Assembly: GCA_035353995.1 (NCBI GenBank)
Contig: DAOQAL010000002.1
Span: 28,729-92,728 of the forward strand
Direction of reading: 5' to 3'
DNA from: Minisyncoccota bacterium
Lineage (GTDB): Bacteria > Patescibacteriota > Minisyncoccia > Phycocordibacterales > UBA9973
Length of the DNA stretch: 64,000 nucleotides
Position 1 is the stretch's first letter. Every line of letters starts with the position of its first letter. Positions 10,947 through 20,983 of this stretch are shown piece after piece. Position numbers and translations under genes: made by a program. The notes below the pieces were generated by a model that saw nothing but the letters and a program-made list of their open reading frames with translations, did not search any database and was not told the origin of the DNA.

Positions 10947-13448
10947 ATGAGTTTATTCAATAAAATCTTTGGTGATGAGAGCTCAAAATTCATTAAAGAA
11001 ATAGATAATATAATAGTAAAAATCAATTCTCTTGAGGATGAGATATCAAAATTAAAAGACGAGGATTTTCCAAATAAAACATTGGAATTTAAGAATCGTT
11101 TGAAGAATGGTGAAAATATTGATGATATTTTACCAGAGGCTTTTGCATTAGTTAGAGAGGCCCAGAAGAGAACTCTTGGTATTAGACTTTATGATGTTCA
11201 AATGGTAGGGGGTATTGCTTTGCATTCCGGTAAAATTTGTGAAATGAAAACTGGTGAAGGTAAGACTAACGTTGCAACATTGCCACTTTATTTAAATGCC
11301 TTAACAGAAAAAGGAGTACATCTTGTCACTGTGAATGATTATCTAGCTCGTCGTGACGCTGTTTTAATGGGACAAGTTTATGATTTCTTAGGTTTGTCCG
11401 TTGGTGTAATAAATTCACAAAATGTTTCTTATTTATATGATCCAAAACATTTTGATGAAGACAAAGAGCGTGATAAGGTTGGAGAATTTAAAATAATTTA
11501 TGATTTTTTAAAACCATGTTCAAGAAGAGAAGCATATTTTGCTGATATTACTTATGGAACAAATCACGAATATGGTTTTGATTATTTAAGAGATAATTTA
11601 GTAACTTCAATAAATGATCTTGTCCAAAGAGAGCACAACTTTGCAATTGTAGACGAGGTTGATTCTATATTAATAGATGAAGCACGTACTCCTCTTATAA
11701 TTTCTTCTGCTTCAAGTGATTCTGAAGATTTTTATGTTAAATTTTGTCAGATTGCTAAACAATTAAAAAAAGATACAGATTATAAAGTAGATGAAAAACT
11801 AAAAGCTATTTCTCTTACAGATGAAGGAATAACAAAAGCTGAAAATTTATTAGGAGTAGAAAACATTTATACAGAAAAAGGGATAAAATATGTTCATCAT
11901 TTAGAAACTGCCGTCAAAGCACAGGCAATTTTTGAACGTGATAAAGATTATGTTGTAAAAGAAGGTGAAGTTATTATCGTTGATCCATTTACAGGTCGTT
12001 TACAGCCAGGTAGACGTTGGTCTGAAGGTATACATCAGGCTATTGAAGCAAAAGAAGGTGTAAAAATTGAAAAAGAAACACGTTCTTCTGGGTCAATTAC
12101 ATTTCAAAATTATTTTAGATTTTATAAAAAACTTTCTGGAATGACAGGTACTGCTGAAACTTCTTCTGAAGAATTTTTGAAAGTGTATGGCCTAGATGTA
12201 ATAGTAGTTCCAACCAATCGTCCTGTAATAAGAATTGATCATCCAGATATTATTTTTCAAACAGAAAAAGGAAAATTCCAAGCTATTGCAAAAATGGTAA
12301 AAGATCTAAATAAAAAAGGGCAACCTGTTTTAATTGGAACAATCTCAATTGAGAAAAATGAACTTTTGTCAATTTATTTGAAGCAAGAAGGTGTACCGCA
12401 TACAATTTTAAATGCTAAAAATCATGAAAAAGAAGGAGAGATTATAGCTCAAGCTGGAAAGAGAGGAGCCGTTACTATTGCTACAAATATGGCTGGTCGT
12501 GGAATAGACATTAAACTTGGAGGTAATCCACAAACTAAAGAAGAGTATGAATTTGTAAAAAGTTCTGGTGGTCTTTTTGTCCTTGGTACAGAACGTCACG
12601 AAGCTCGTCGTATTGATAATCAGCTTCGAGGTCGTTCAGGAAGACAAGGTGATCCAGGAGAAACACAATTTTTTGTATCATTAGAGGATGATCTAATGCG
12701 CGTATTCGGTTCTGAAAAAATAAAAAATATGATGGGACGTTTTGGTATACCAGAGGATCAACCAATTGAAAATAGATTTATTGGAAAACAATTAGAAAGT
12801 GCCCAAGCAAAAATAGAAGGTTTTCATTTTGATGCTAGAAAGCACACTCTTGAATATGATGATGTTATGAATCATCAAAGACAGTCAGTTTATGAAAGAC
12901 GTCAAAAAATGATGCGAGTAGATAAAGAAGATATAGAAAAATTATTGTCTAAGATAACAGAAGAAAGAGATATTGTAAATCAATCCTCAGATGCAAGCAA
13001 TCTAGTAAAAGAAAAAAGAGAAAAATTAGGCGACCAAGTATTTTTTGAAACGGTACGCAGAATCGCTCTTTATGTTACTGATGTTCTTTGGATGGAGCAC
13101 TTGGAAGCAATGGATTATTTGCGAAGTTCAGTAAATTTGCGAGCATATGGTCAACGTGAACCAATTGTTGAATATAAGAAAGAAGGTTTAATAATGTTCA
13201 GAGAAATGGAAGAAGCTTTCAAAGATCAAGTATTTTCTTTGATTGAAAATATGAGTACAGAAGTAAAAGTTGCAAAAGAAGAAGATGGTATAAAAACAGA
13301 ATCTTTGGTAACAAGTCACGACGAGCCTTCTGAATTTTCGGATAATAAAAAAAGTTCCTCTGCAAAAAATGAAACAAAAACTGTAGGCAGGAATGATCCT
13401 TGTCCTTGTGGTTCTGGAAAAAAATACAAAAAATGTCACGGAGCATAA
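10947..13448 (+). CDS. secA: preprotein translocase ATPase SecA
   Basis: [45 protein letters not shown]-terminal [19 protein letters not shown]. Confidence 0.98.
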   Translation: MSLFNKIFGDESSKFIKEIDNIIVKINSLEDEISKLKDEDFPNKTLEFKNRLKNGENIDDILPEAFALVREAQKRTLGIRLYDVQMVGGIALHSGKICEMKTGEGKTNVATLPLYLNALTEKGVHLVTVNDYLARRDAVLMGQVYDFLGLSVGVINSQNVSYLYDPKHFDEDKERDKVGEFKIIYDFLKPCSRREAYFADITYGTNHEYGFDYLRDNLVTSINDLVQREHNFAIVDEVDSILIDEARTPLIISSASSDSEDFYVKFCQIAKQLKKDTDYKVDEKLKAISLTDEGITKAENLLGVENIYTEKGIKYVHHLETAVKAQAIFERDKDYVVKEGEVIIVDPFTGRLQPGRRWSEGIHQAIEAKEGVKIEKETRSSGSITFQNYFRFYKKLSGMTGTAETSSEEFLKVYGLDVIVVPTNRPVIRIDHPDIIFQTEKGKFQAIAKMVKDLNKKGQPVLIGTISIEKNELLSIYLKQEGVPHTILNAKNHEKEGEIIAQAGKRGAVTIATNMAGRGIDIKLGGNPQTKEEYEFVKSSGGLFVLGTERHEARRIDNQLRGRSGRQGDPGETQFFVSLEDDLMRVFGSEKIKNMMGRFGIPEDQPIENRFIGKQLESAQAKIEGFHFDARKHTLEYDDVMNHQRQSVYERRQKMMRVDKEDIEKLLSKITEERDIVNQSSDASNLVKEKREKLGDQVFFETVRRIALYVTDVLWMEHLEAMDYLRSSVNLRAYGQREPIVEYKKEGLIMFREMEEAFKDQVFSLIENMSTEVKVAKEEDGIKTESLVTSHDEPSEFSDNKKSSSAKNETKTVGRNDPCPCGSGKKYKKCHGA

Positions 13449-13470
13449 ATTTGAATTAGATTAAAACTAA

Positions 13471-14694
13471 GTGAAAAAGATTGTTAAAAAACTTAAGATT
13501 AAAAGACGAGCTATTGCTACATTGGCAGCGTTGCATTTTTATGGTGATCCTTCAGCAAAATTGAAAATTATTGGAGTAACTGGCACTAATGGTAAAACGA
13601 CAACTGCCACTCTCTTGTATAAAATTGCTACAAGTTTAGGCTATAAAACAGGACTTATTGGTACTGTTGAAAATATCATCATAAATGATAGAAGGCCAAC
13701 TATAAATACAACACCAGGCCCTATGGTTTTAAATAAATTGCTTAAAGAGATGGCAGAAAAAGGTTGTGAATATGTTTTTATGGAAGTTTCTTCTCATGGA
13801 ATTGACCAAAAAAGGATTGCAGGAATAAATTTTGTCGGTGGTATTTTTACAAATCTTACTCAAGATCATCTTGATTATCACAAGAGTATGGAAAATTATT
13901 TCTTAACTAAGAAGAAGTTTTTTCAGAATTTACCAAAAGATTCTTTTGCACTTTCAAATGCTGATGACGAATATGGTGAAGAAATTTTGAAAGATATCAA
14001 AGCTAAAAAATATTTTTATGGAATAAATAAGCAAGCAGATTTTAAAGCTGAAATTAAAAAGTTAGATTTTGACGGAATAGAGTTACAAATAGGGGACAAT
14101 TTAATTAAATCAAAATTACTTGGAAAATTTAATTCATATAATTTACTTGCTATATTTAGTACAGCAAACCTTTTAGGTTTTGATATAGAAAAGGTTAAGA
14201 AAATTTTGGAAACTATTGAACCACCTAAAGGCAGATTTGATTATTTTGTTTCTAAAGGTGGAGTTTTGGGGATTATAGATTTTGCACATACGCCTGATGC
14301 CTTAGAAAAAGTTTTGAATACAATAAGAGAATTTAAAACAAATGGTAGTAGGATTATAACTGTTTTTGGTTGTGGTGGTGACAGAGATCCGTTGAAAAGA
14401 AGGATTATGGGAAAAATTGGAGTAGAACTTTCTGATGTTGCTATTTTAACTTCTGATAATCCAAGAAGTGAAGATCCAGAAAAAATTATTGCTGAAATGA
14501 AAACTGATTTGAGTATTAATGAATTAAAAAAAGTAAAAGTTTTTACAGACAGAAGTTTAGCTATTGTTGAAGCCGTAAAAGAAGCAAAAATGGGTGATAT
14601 AATTTTATGTGCAGGTAAGGGGCATGAAAGTTATCAAGATATAAAAGGTATAAAACATCATTTTAATGATATGGAGGAATTAAAAAAGTATTGA
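13471..14694 (+). CDS. murE: UDP-MurNAc-Ala-Glu--diamino acid ligase MurE
   Basis: GVTGTNGKTT, MEVSSH, TNLTQDHLDYH, DFAHTPD and DNPR (meso-DAP-type) motifs; GTG start. Confidence 0.95.
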   Translation: MKKIVKKLKIKRRAIATLAALHFYGDPSAKLKIIGVTGTNGKTTTATLLYKIATSLGYKTGLIGTVENIIINDRRPTINTTPGPMVLNKLLKEMAEKGCEYVFMEVSSHGIDQKRIAGINFVGGIFTNLTQDHLDYHKSMENYFLTKKKFFQNLPKDSFALSNADDEYGEEILKDIKAKKYFYGINKQADFKAEIKKLDFDGIELQIGDNLIKSKLLGKFNSYNLLAIFSTANLLGFDIEKVKKILETIEPPKGRFDYFVSKGGVLGIIDFAHTPDALEKVLNTIREFKTNGSRIITVFGCGGDRDPLKRRIMGKIGVELSDVAILTSDNPRSEDPEKIIAEMKTDLSINELKKVKVFTDRSLAIVEAVKEAKMGDIILCAGKGHESYQDIKGIKHHFNDMEELKKY

Positions 14695-14717
14695 TTTAAA
14701 ATGAAAAAAATATAAAT

Positions 14718-14954
14718 ATGAAACTTGAAATTGGATCAATTTATAGACATTATAAGGGGACTAAAGTAAAAGTTTTAGGCGAAGCATTACATAGTGAGAC
14801 CTTAGAACCTATGGTTATTTATATGCATTTGGAAGATGGTATAACTTGGGTACGACCAAAGAAAATGTTTTTGGAGAAAGTAAAAATTGGCAAAAAACTT
14901 GTGCTAAGGTTTCAAAAAATTAAAACTAAAATTATAATTAAGCCCAAAAAATAA
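14718..14954 (+). CDS. DUF1653-like small protein
   Basis: YRHYKG...ALHSETLEPMVIY...WVRPKKMF pattern. Confidence 0.8.
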   Translation: MKLEIGSIYRHYKGTKVKVLGEALHSETLEPMVIYMHLEDGITWVRPKKMFLEKVKIGKKLVLRFQKIKTKIIIKPKK

Positions 14955-14955
14955 T

Positions 14956-15348
14956 ATGAAGACAATATTAGTGGATGCGGCGTATACTTTTACAATAGAG
15001 AAAGAAGGGAAGTTTGTAATTTTTCAGGATCTTTATAAATTACTAGAAACATATCCTAGCAGAAAAATATTGCTTACTGGAGCAAACGAAGAAAGAATGA
15101 AAAAATATGCCCTAGATAATGCTCCCTATCCAATATTTACCCAAAAACACAATCCAGAAAAGTCAGATCCAAAATATTATGAAACACTACTCAAAACTTT
15201 TAATCTGAACAAGGAAGAGGTAGTTTATTTTGAGCACGCACCTGAAGCGGTAAAAAGCGCCGAATCTATAGGTATAAAATCATATTTTTATGATAATGAA
15301 AAAAAAGATCTTACTGCTCTCAAGAAGTTTTTGGATGAAAATTTGTAA
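14956..15348 (+). CDS. HAD-like hydrolase
   Basis: MKTILVDA N-terminus, PEKSDPKYY, YFEH..AVKSAESIGI. Confidence 0.65.
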   Translation: MKTILVDAAYTFTIEKEGKFVIFQDLYKLLETYPSRKILLTGANEERMKKYALDNAPYPIFTQKHNPEKSDPKYYETLLKTFNLNKEEVVYFEHAPEAVKSAESIGIKSYFYDNEKKDLTALKKFLDENL

Positions 15349-15367
15349 ATTGTGCTAATATCAAAGT

Positions 15368-16702
15368 ATGGATAGTTATAAACAATTTTTTAAGGACAAA
15401 AAAATAACCGTTATGGGACTCGGGCTTTTAGGGCGTGGACTTGGTTATACTAAATTTTTGGCTGAATGTGGCGCTGATTTAATCGTTACTGATTTGAAGA
15501 CAAAGAAGCAATTAGCAACTTCTTTAAAACAATTGGGCAAATATAAGAACATTAAATATGTTCTTGGTGAGCATCGATTAGAAGATTTTAAAAATAGAGA
15601 GATGATAGTAAAAGCTGCTGGTGTTCCATTTGATTCTATTTATATAAAAGAGGCGAAAAAAAATAATATTCCGATTGAAATGGATGTTTCACTTTTTGCA
15701 AAACTTGCTCCGCAGGTAATAATTGTCGGTGTTACAGGTACTCGTGGTAAATCTATGACTGCTATGCTCATTTACGAAATTCTTTCCAAGAATTTGAAAG
15801 ATAAAAAAGTATATCTTGGTGGAAATATCCGTGGAGTTGCAACTTTGCCTTTGCTTGAAAAAGCAAAACCCGGTGATGTTTTGGTTTGCGAGCTAGATTC
15901 ATGGCAATTACAAGGTTTTGGTGATGCTAAAATGTCTCCGCATATTTCCATCTTCACTTCTTTTATGCCGGATCATATGAATTATTATAAAAATTCTATG
16001 AAAGATTATTTTGCTGATAAGATGAATATTTTCAAATATCAAAAAAAGAATGATTTCTTAATAATTCGACCGCACGTAGAAAAATTGATAAGTAAAAAAG
16101 TAAAAAGTAAGATAATAGTAGCTGATGTAAAAAAATTAGTTGGTTTTAAATTTGTTGTTCCAGGAGAGCATCAAAGAGAAAACCTAGCTTGTGCTTTTGA
16201 AGTTGCTAGACTTTTTAAAATTCCTATCGTTAAAATTAAGAACACAGTCAAAAATTTTAAAGGAATAGAAGGCAGATTGCAACATTTAAAAACTGTTCGT
16301 GGAATAAAAATTTACAATGATAATAATGCGACTACTCCAGAAGCTACAATAGCAGGTATTAAAGCTTTGTATCAAGATGGTAAAGAAGGCAAAATTGTTT
16401 TGATTTCTGGCGGAGCAGATAAAAAGCTTGATTTGAAGCTTTATGTGAATGTTGTGAATACTTTTTGTAAGGCTATAGTACTTATTCCTGGTAGTGGAAC
16501 GAATGTTTTGTTGAAAGATTACAAATTAAAAATTCCATATGTGGTAGGAAAAGATTTTAAAGATGCTGTTTTAAAGGGATTAGATTTTACAAAAAAAGGG
16601 GATGTTCTGCTCTTTTCTCCAGCCTTTGCTTCATTTGGTATTTTCAATAATGAATACGAAAGAAATGATTTATTTGTGAAGTTAATTAATAAGTTAAAAT
16701 AG
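15368..16702 (+). CDS. murD: UDP-MurNAc-Ala--D-glutamate ligase MurD
   Basis: MGLGLLG, VTGTRGKS, GGNI, ELDSWQL, DHMNYY, FSPAFASFG. Confidence 0.93.
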   Translation: MDSYKQFFKDKKITVMGLGLLGRGLGYTKFLAECGADLIVTDLKTKKQLATSLKQLGKYKNIKYVLGEHRLEDFKNREMIVKAAGVPFDSIYIKEAKKNNIPIEMDVSLFAKLAPQVIIVGVTGTRGKSMTAMLIYEILSKNLKDKKVYLGGNIRGVATLPLLEKAKPGDVLVCELDSWQLQGFGDAKMSPHISIFTSFMPDHMNYYKNSMKDYFADKMNIFKYQKKNDFLIIRPHVEKLISKKVKSKIIVADVKKLVGFKFVVPGEHQRENLACAFEVARLFKIPIVKIKNTVKNFKGIEGRLQHLKTVRGIKIYNDNNATTPEATIAGIKALYQDGKEGKIVLISGGADKKLDLKLYVNVVNTFCKAIVLIPGSGTNVLLKDYKLKIPYVVGKDFKDAVLKGLDFTKKGDVLLFSPAFASFGIFNNEYERNDLFVKLINKLK

Positions 16703-16706
16703 AATT

Positions 16707-16916
16707 ATGAAAAAAGAAATAGAAAAAGATTACACAAAAAAGCAAACTATAAAAATTCTAAAAAGATTAGCTGATTCTTTGGGTAAAAATAAGGCTTTTA
16801 GAATGCAAATCAAAAACAAGAAAGTTTACATTCCTAAAGAGTCGGAAATTCAGATAGAATACGAAAAAGAGAAAAAGGAAGAAAAAATAGAAATCGAAAT
16901 AAAATGGGGGAAATAA
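16707..16916 (+). CDS. amphi-Trp domain-like small protein
   Basis: LKRLADSL amphipathic helix and C-terminal IEIEIKW. Confidence 0.7.
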   Translation: MKKEIEKDYTKKQTIKILKRLADSLGKNKAFRMQIKNKKVYIPKESEIQIEYEKEKKEEKIEIEIKWGK

Positions 16917-16923
16917 AATTAAA

Positions 16924-16946
16924 TTACACAGGGTAGTCCTGTGTAA
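16924..16946. repeat. short palindrome (possible second REP-type unit)
   Basis: TTACACAGG-GTAGT-CCTGTGTAA, 9-bp arms, no + strand U-tract. Confidence 0.5.
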
Positions 16947-16958
16947 AATTAGAAGTAG

Positions 16959-16979
16959 TGTCAAAGACCGTCTTTGACA
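16959..16979. repeat. REP-like palindrome copy 1
   Basis: TGTCAAAGAC-C-GTCTTTGACA, identical to the copies flanking the transposase. Confidence 0.9.
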
Positions 16980-17005
16980 AATTATAAAGAATTTAAAATG
17001 AATTT

Positions 17006-17494
17006 ATGAAAATACCAGTTGTAAATGAAAATGATGAAGTAATAGAAATTAAGGACAGAAAAGATGTGGATAAAAGTCCTGAGCTAATTTACCGCGTTTC
17101 TTATCTTTGGGTTACTGATACTAATGGAAGAATACTTTTGGCTCAACGGGCATTTAATAAAAATCATAATCCAGGTAAATGGGGTCCAGCAGTAGCTGGT
17201 ACAGTTGAAGAAGGAGAAACTTATGAATCAAATATAATTAAAGAAACCGAAGAAGAAATTGGTATTAAGGACGTAAAATTAAAAATTGGGCAAAAAGAAA
17301 GAAGAAAAACTAATTATAATTATTTTGCACAAGAATTTTTGCTTGAATTGCCAGCTGGTTTTAATGATTTTAAAATTCAAGAAGTGGAGGTCGCTCAAAT
17401 TAAATGGTTTACTAAAGAGGAATTAAAAAAAGAGTTACAAGAGCACCCAGACAATTTTTTGTCATTAATTAAAAACAAAATTGATTTAATATGA
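17006..17494 (+). CDS. NUDIX hydrolase (IDI-like subgroup)
   Basis: AGTVEEGETYESNIIKETEEEIG Nudix box; VVNEND N-terminus. Confidence 0.88.
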   Translation: MKIPVVNENDEVIEIKDRKDVDKSPELIYRVSYLWVTDTNGRILLAQRAFNKNHNPGKWGPAVAGTVEEGETYESNIIKETEEEIGIKDVKLKIGQKERRKTNYNYFAQEFLLELPAGFNDFKIQEVEVAQIKWFTKEELKKELQEHPDNFLSLIKNKIDLI

Positions 17495-18738
17495 ATTTAG
17501 ACTTATCAAAAATTAAAAAGGTATATTTTATCGGAATCGGGGGAATTGGAATTTCGGCATTGGCGAAATGGGCCAGTGCGCGTGGAATGGAAGTTGCGGG
17601 TGTAAACGATGAAGAAGGAAAAACGACAGACTCCCTTAGAGAATTTGGTATAGAAGTAATGTCAAAGACGGTCTTTGACAAATTGCCAGAAGCTGATATG
17701 TATGTTTACTCAGATGCTTGGCTTAACCGTGGTCCAGAAATAATAGAAGACGCACGAAATACTGGTAAGCCAACCTTGTCTTATTTTGAAGCTCTTAAAG
17801 AATTTTCCAAAGATTATAAAGTTATAGCAATTTCTGGAACTCATGGTAAAACTACGACTACTGCAATGGTTGCTGATATATTAATTGATGCGGGCATAGA
17901 CCCGACGGTTATTGTTGGTTCTTTTGTTAAAAAGTTTGATAGTAATTTTCGAGAAGGCAAGAGTGAATATTTAATAGTAGAAGCTGACGAATATAATCGT
18001 CATTTTTTACAATTTAATCCTTTCATTGGTGCAGTAACCAACATCGAAGCTGACCATTTGGATTGTTATAAAGATTTAGATGATATAAAAAAATCTTTTG
18101 ATCAGTTTTTATCTCAAAGTGAACACAAAATAACAAATTACGAAAAATATTTAGAAAAAGTTCCCAAACTTCTTGTCCCTGGAGAGCACAACAGAAAAAA
18201 TGCAGCCTTAGCTCTTGCTGTTGCAGATCTTTTGGGTATTAAGGAAGAGCTTGCTATAAAATCTTTAGAAAATTTTGAAGGAACTTGGCGTCGTTTGGAA
18301 AAACGAGGGAAGACAAAAGCTGGTACCATTATTTATGATGATTATGCTCATCACCCAACAGAAGTTCGAGCTAGCTTGCAAGCATTAAGAGAGCTTTATA
18401 CAAAAGAACAAGGCAAAAAAATAACTGTAGTCTTTCAGCCACATTTGTATTCCAGAACCAAGGCTCTTTTTGACGATTTTGCCAAATGTTTCCACGGGGC
18501 GGACAAAATCGTCCTTTTGCCTATTTATTTTGCTAGAGAAAACCCTGATAAAAGCATTTCAAGCGGTCTTTTAGCAGATGCTATATGTGCAAATGGTGAT
18601 AAAGCTATAGCTTTTACTGATTTTGAACTGGCAGAAGAATATATAAAGAGTCAAACCTTTGGTAAAGATGACATTTTTGTGACTATGGGTGCAGGGGAGT
18701 CTTATAAAATAGCCGATAAGCTGTTTGATTTTCAATAA
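17491..18738 (+). CDS. murC: UDP-MurNAc--L-alanine ligase MurC
   Basis: FIGIGGIGISALA, SGTHGKTTT, EADE, NIEADHLD, DDYAHHPTE, FQPHLYSRT. Confidence 0.93.
   Translation: MNLDLSKIKKVYFIGIGGIGISALAKWASARGMEVAGVNDEEGKTTDSLREFGIEVMSKTVFDKLPEADMYVYSDAWLNRGPEIIEDARNTGKPTLSYFEALKEFSKDYKVIAISGTHGKTTTTAMVADILIDAGIDPTVIVGSFVKKFDSNFREGKSEYLIVEADEYNRHFLQFNPFIGAVTNIEADHLDCYKDLDDIKKSFDQFLSQSEHKITNYEKYLEKVPKLLVPGEHNRKNAALALAVADLLGIKEELAIKSLENFEGTWRRLEKRGKTKAGTIIYDDYAHHPTEVRASLQALRELYTKEQGKKITVVFQPHLYSRTKALFDDFAKCFHGADKIVLLPIYFARENPDKSISSGLLADAICANGDKAIAFTDFELAEEYIKSQTFGKDDIFVTMGAGESYKIADKLFDFQ
17660..17680. repeat. REP-like palindrome copy 2, inside the murC CDS
   Basis: TGTCAAAGAC-G-GTCTTTGACA; read in frame as (M)SKTVFD(K). 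Confidence 0.88.
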
Positions 18739-18753
18739 AATAGGTCAAGAAAG

Positions 18754-18762
18754 TTATCCACA
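18754..18762 (+). promoter_or_regulatory. DnaA box (perfect consensus)
   Basis: TTATCCACA just after murC, upstream of the 19007 gene promoter region. Confidence 0.45.
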
Positions 18763-19006
18763 ATACAAAATTAGGCTTATTTTAGCCTTATTTGTCAATA
18801 AGGGGTTATTAAAAAAACCTTATTTTTCAAGCTATTTTCAATTTGACATATCAAAAAGTCGTTGCTTAACTATTGACTTTTGCTTGCCAATATGATAGTA
18901 TATAAGTATATCCTTATTATTAACCTTTAAAGCTTATTTAATAAGGATTTTTTCAGTTAAAGCTGAATTTCCAACCTATGAGTTTTGCGGAGCATAACCG
19001 CTTTGT

Positions 19007-19627
19007 ATGGAAAATAAAAACTTGATACGTTTTGTGGAATCATTTGTTTTGTTACCATTTATGACAATATCTATGCCACTTGGGAGTGTAACCGAGAATC
19101 AGGCAAATACTGTTCTAGATTCACAAATAACGTTATCACCAAAAGAAAATATCGAAACTTTAGGATTGCTTGCCTTTAACCAGGAAGTTGATCAGAAAGT
19201 TAACACCCTAAAGATAAAAGCAGAAGCTATTGATGCCTACTTTAAAGAGCACGATATGCCCCTTTTAGGAAAAGGAGAAAAGCTAGTAGAGGAAGCTGAG
19301 AAAAATAATCTTGATTGGCGTCTTTTAGCTGCCATAGCTGTTCGAGAATCTACTGGTGGAAAACATGATTGTAAAAAGGTAGAAAATAACCCATTCGGTT
19401 GGGGTTCTTGTAAAATCGGTTTTAAAACACTAGATGAGGCTATCGAAACCATTGGACGAAACTTGGGTGGAAATAACCCTAACACAGCACATCACTATTC
19501 AGGTAAGGATACAAAAGATATACTTCAAAAATATAACCCACCTTCTATAGTTAAGAATTATGCTGAACAGGTTATGTCTATAATGGATGAAATAGGAGAT
19601 AAAGATATAACAATTCTAAACTCTTAA
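19007..19627 (+). CDS. secreted lysozyme-fold cell-wall hydrolase (glucosaminidase/transglycosylase-like)
   Basis: N-terminal hydrophobic segment; LDWRLLAAIAVREST catalytic-Glu helix, NNPFGW and KYNP motifs. Confidence 0.7.
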   Translation: MENKNLIRFVESFVLLPFMTISMPLGSVTENQANTVLDSQITLSPKENIETLGLLAFNQEVDQKVNTLKIKAEAIDAYFKEHDMPLLGKGEKLVEEAEKNNLDWRLLAAIAVRESTGGKHDCKKVENNPFGWGSCKIGFKTLDEAIETIGRNLGGNNPNTAHHYSGKDTKDILQKYNPPSIVKNYAEQVMSIMDEIGDKDITILNS

Positions 19628-19651
19628 AAAACCACCCAATGGGTGGTTTTT
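19626..19651. terminator. bidirectional terminator
   Basis: AAAAACCACCC-AAT-GGGTGGTTTTTT between convergent genes. Confidence 0.8.
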
Positions 19652-19659
19652 TAGTTTAT

Positions 19660-20757
19660 CTATTCTAGATGTATCAGTGTCATCTTATGACTCTTTGGTT
19701 CAAATAGTGTAATTTGGAAATTGTATTTTTTCCCAAGCTCTAGCTTTTCACGAAGTTTTGATTCTGAACTGAATGTTGAATTGTGTACTAATCCAGCAAC
19801 TCCTTCTTTTATAGAAACCAATGCACCGTGTTTATTGTATTTTATAACAACGCCTTCAATGATGTCGCCCTTTTTCAATTTGCCTTCAAATTCTTTCCAT
19901 GGATTTTCTTTTAGAGCTTTAATTGAAAGAGAGATTTTACCATCTTTTATTTCAATTATTTTTGCACGAACTTCATCTCCAACTTTAAACATGGAACGAG
20001 GATCTTCTACAAGTCCCCAGTCAAGTTCTGAAATATGTACCAATCCCTCAAGTCCATCTTCTAATTTTAAAAACATTCCAAAATCAACTATGCCAGCAAC
20101 TTTGCAAACAAGTTCATCACCAACATTGTACTTACTTAGAATTTCTTTCTTTTCTTCTGGGTTATTATCTTTTTCAGAAAAGATTAATTTTCCTTCTTTT
20201 GGAAGTGTAGAAATAATAATTACTGAAATTTTTTCTCCAACAAGTTTCTTCAATTCCTTTAAAATCTTATCTTTATCGGAATCTTCTACACGAGGATAGT
20301 GGTCAGATTTTAATTGAGAAGCTGGCAAAAATCCTTGTATTCCTTGCCATTCAAGTATAAGTCCTCCTTTATTTGCTTCTTTTATTTCAAGCTCCATTAC
20401 AGTTTTTGCTCTGATAGCTTTTTCTGCATCACTCCAAATTAGGGCTTGTTTTGCTTCTCGCAAAGATAATTCTATATATCCATCTTCATTTTCAGTGTCA
20501 ACTACTTTTGCTTTTATAAGATCTCCTACAGAAATTTTCTTTATGATATCTTTTGCATTAATAAATTCTTTTCCATAAATAATTCCTGTTCCAAAAGGAG
20601 ACAAGTCTACGAATACTGATGATTTTTTTACTAATATAACTGAACCTTCAACTAAAGATTCAATTGCAGGTCTTGATAGACTTCTATCTGCAATTGATTT
20701 CAAAACTGGATTCTCTTTTTCTTCTTTTATTGTTTCTTCTTTTATTGTTGCTTTCAT
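19660..20757 (-). CDS. rpsA: 30S ribosomal protein S1 (4 S1 domains)
   Basis: Repeated S1 domains: NKGGL..GFLPASQL, FGMF..EGLVHISEL, GLVHNS. Confidence 0.9.
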   Translation of the reverse strand: MKATIKEETIKEEKENPVLKSIADRSLSRPAIESLVEGSVILVKKSSVFVDLSPFGTGIIYGKEFINAKDIIKKISVGDLIKAKVVDTENEDGYIELSLREAKQALIWSDAEKAIRAKTVMELEIKEANKGGLILEWQGIQGFLPASQLKSDHYPRVEDSDKDKILKELKKLVGEKISVIIISTLPKEGKLIFSEKDNNPEEKKEILSKYNVGDELVCKVAGIVDFGMFLKLEDGLEGLVHISELDWGLVEDPRSMFKVGDEVRAKIIEIKDGKISLSIKALKENPWKEFEGKLKKGDIIEGVVIKYNKHGALVSIKEGVAGLVHNSTFSSESKLREKLELGKKYNFQITLFEPKSHKMTLIHLE

Positions 20758-20983
20758 AAAATCGTTTTAAATTAAAATATCCGCGTAAAGCGGATATAAG
20801 GTCTAGGTGTCGCTTTAGCTTTTGCACAAGCGATGTTACCCTAAATCCATGCTTTTAATATAAATATCATCAAAAAGTAAGGATTACTAAGTGATTGAAT
20901 TTATGTTTTGATATTACTATATTTTATTAAAAAAGCAAGTAAGTGTTTTTTTTAAAAAAATATTATATAATAAAAGAATATTT

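Noticed and set aside
19721-20299. 192-aa + strand ORF
   Set aside because: Antisense to rpsA with typical shadow composition; the same applies to antisense ORFs over secA, gyrA, typA, rpoA and others.
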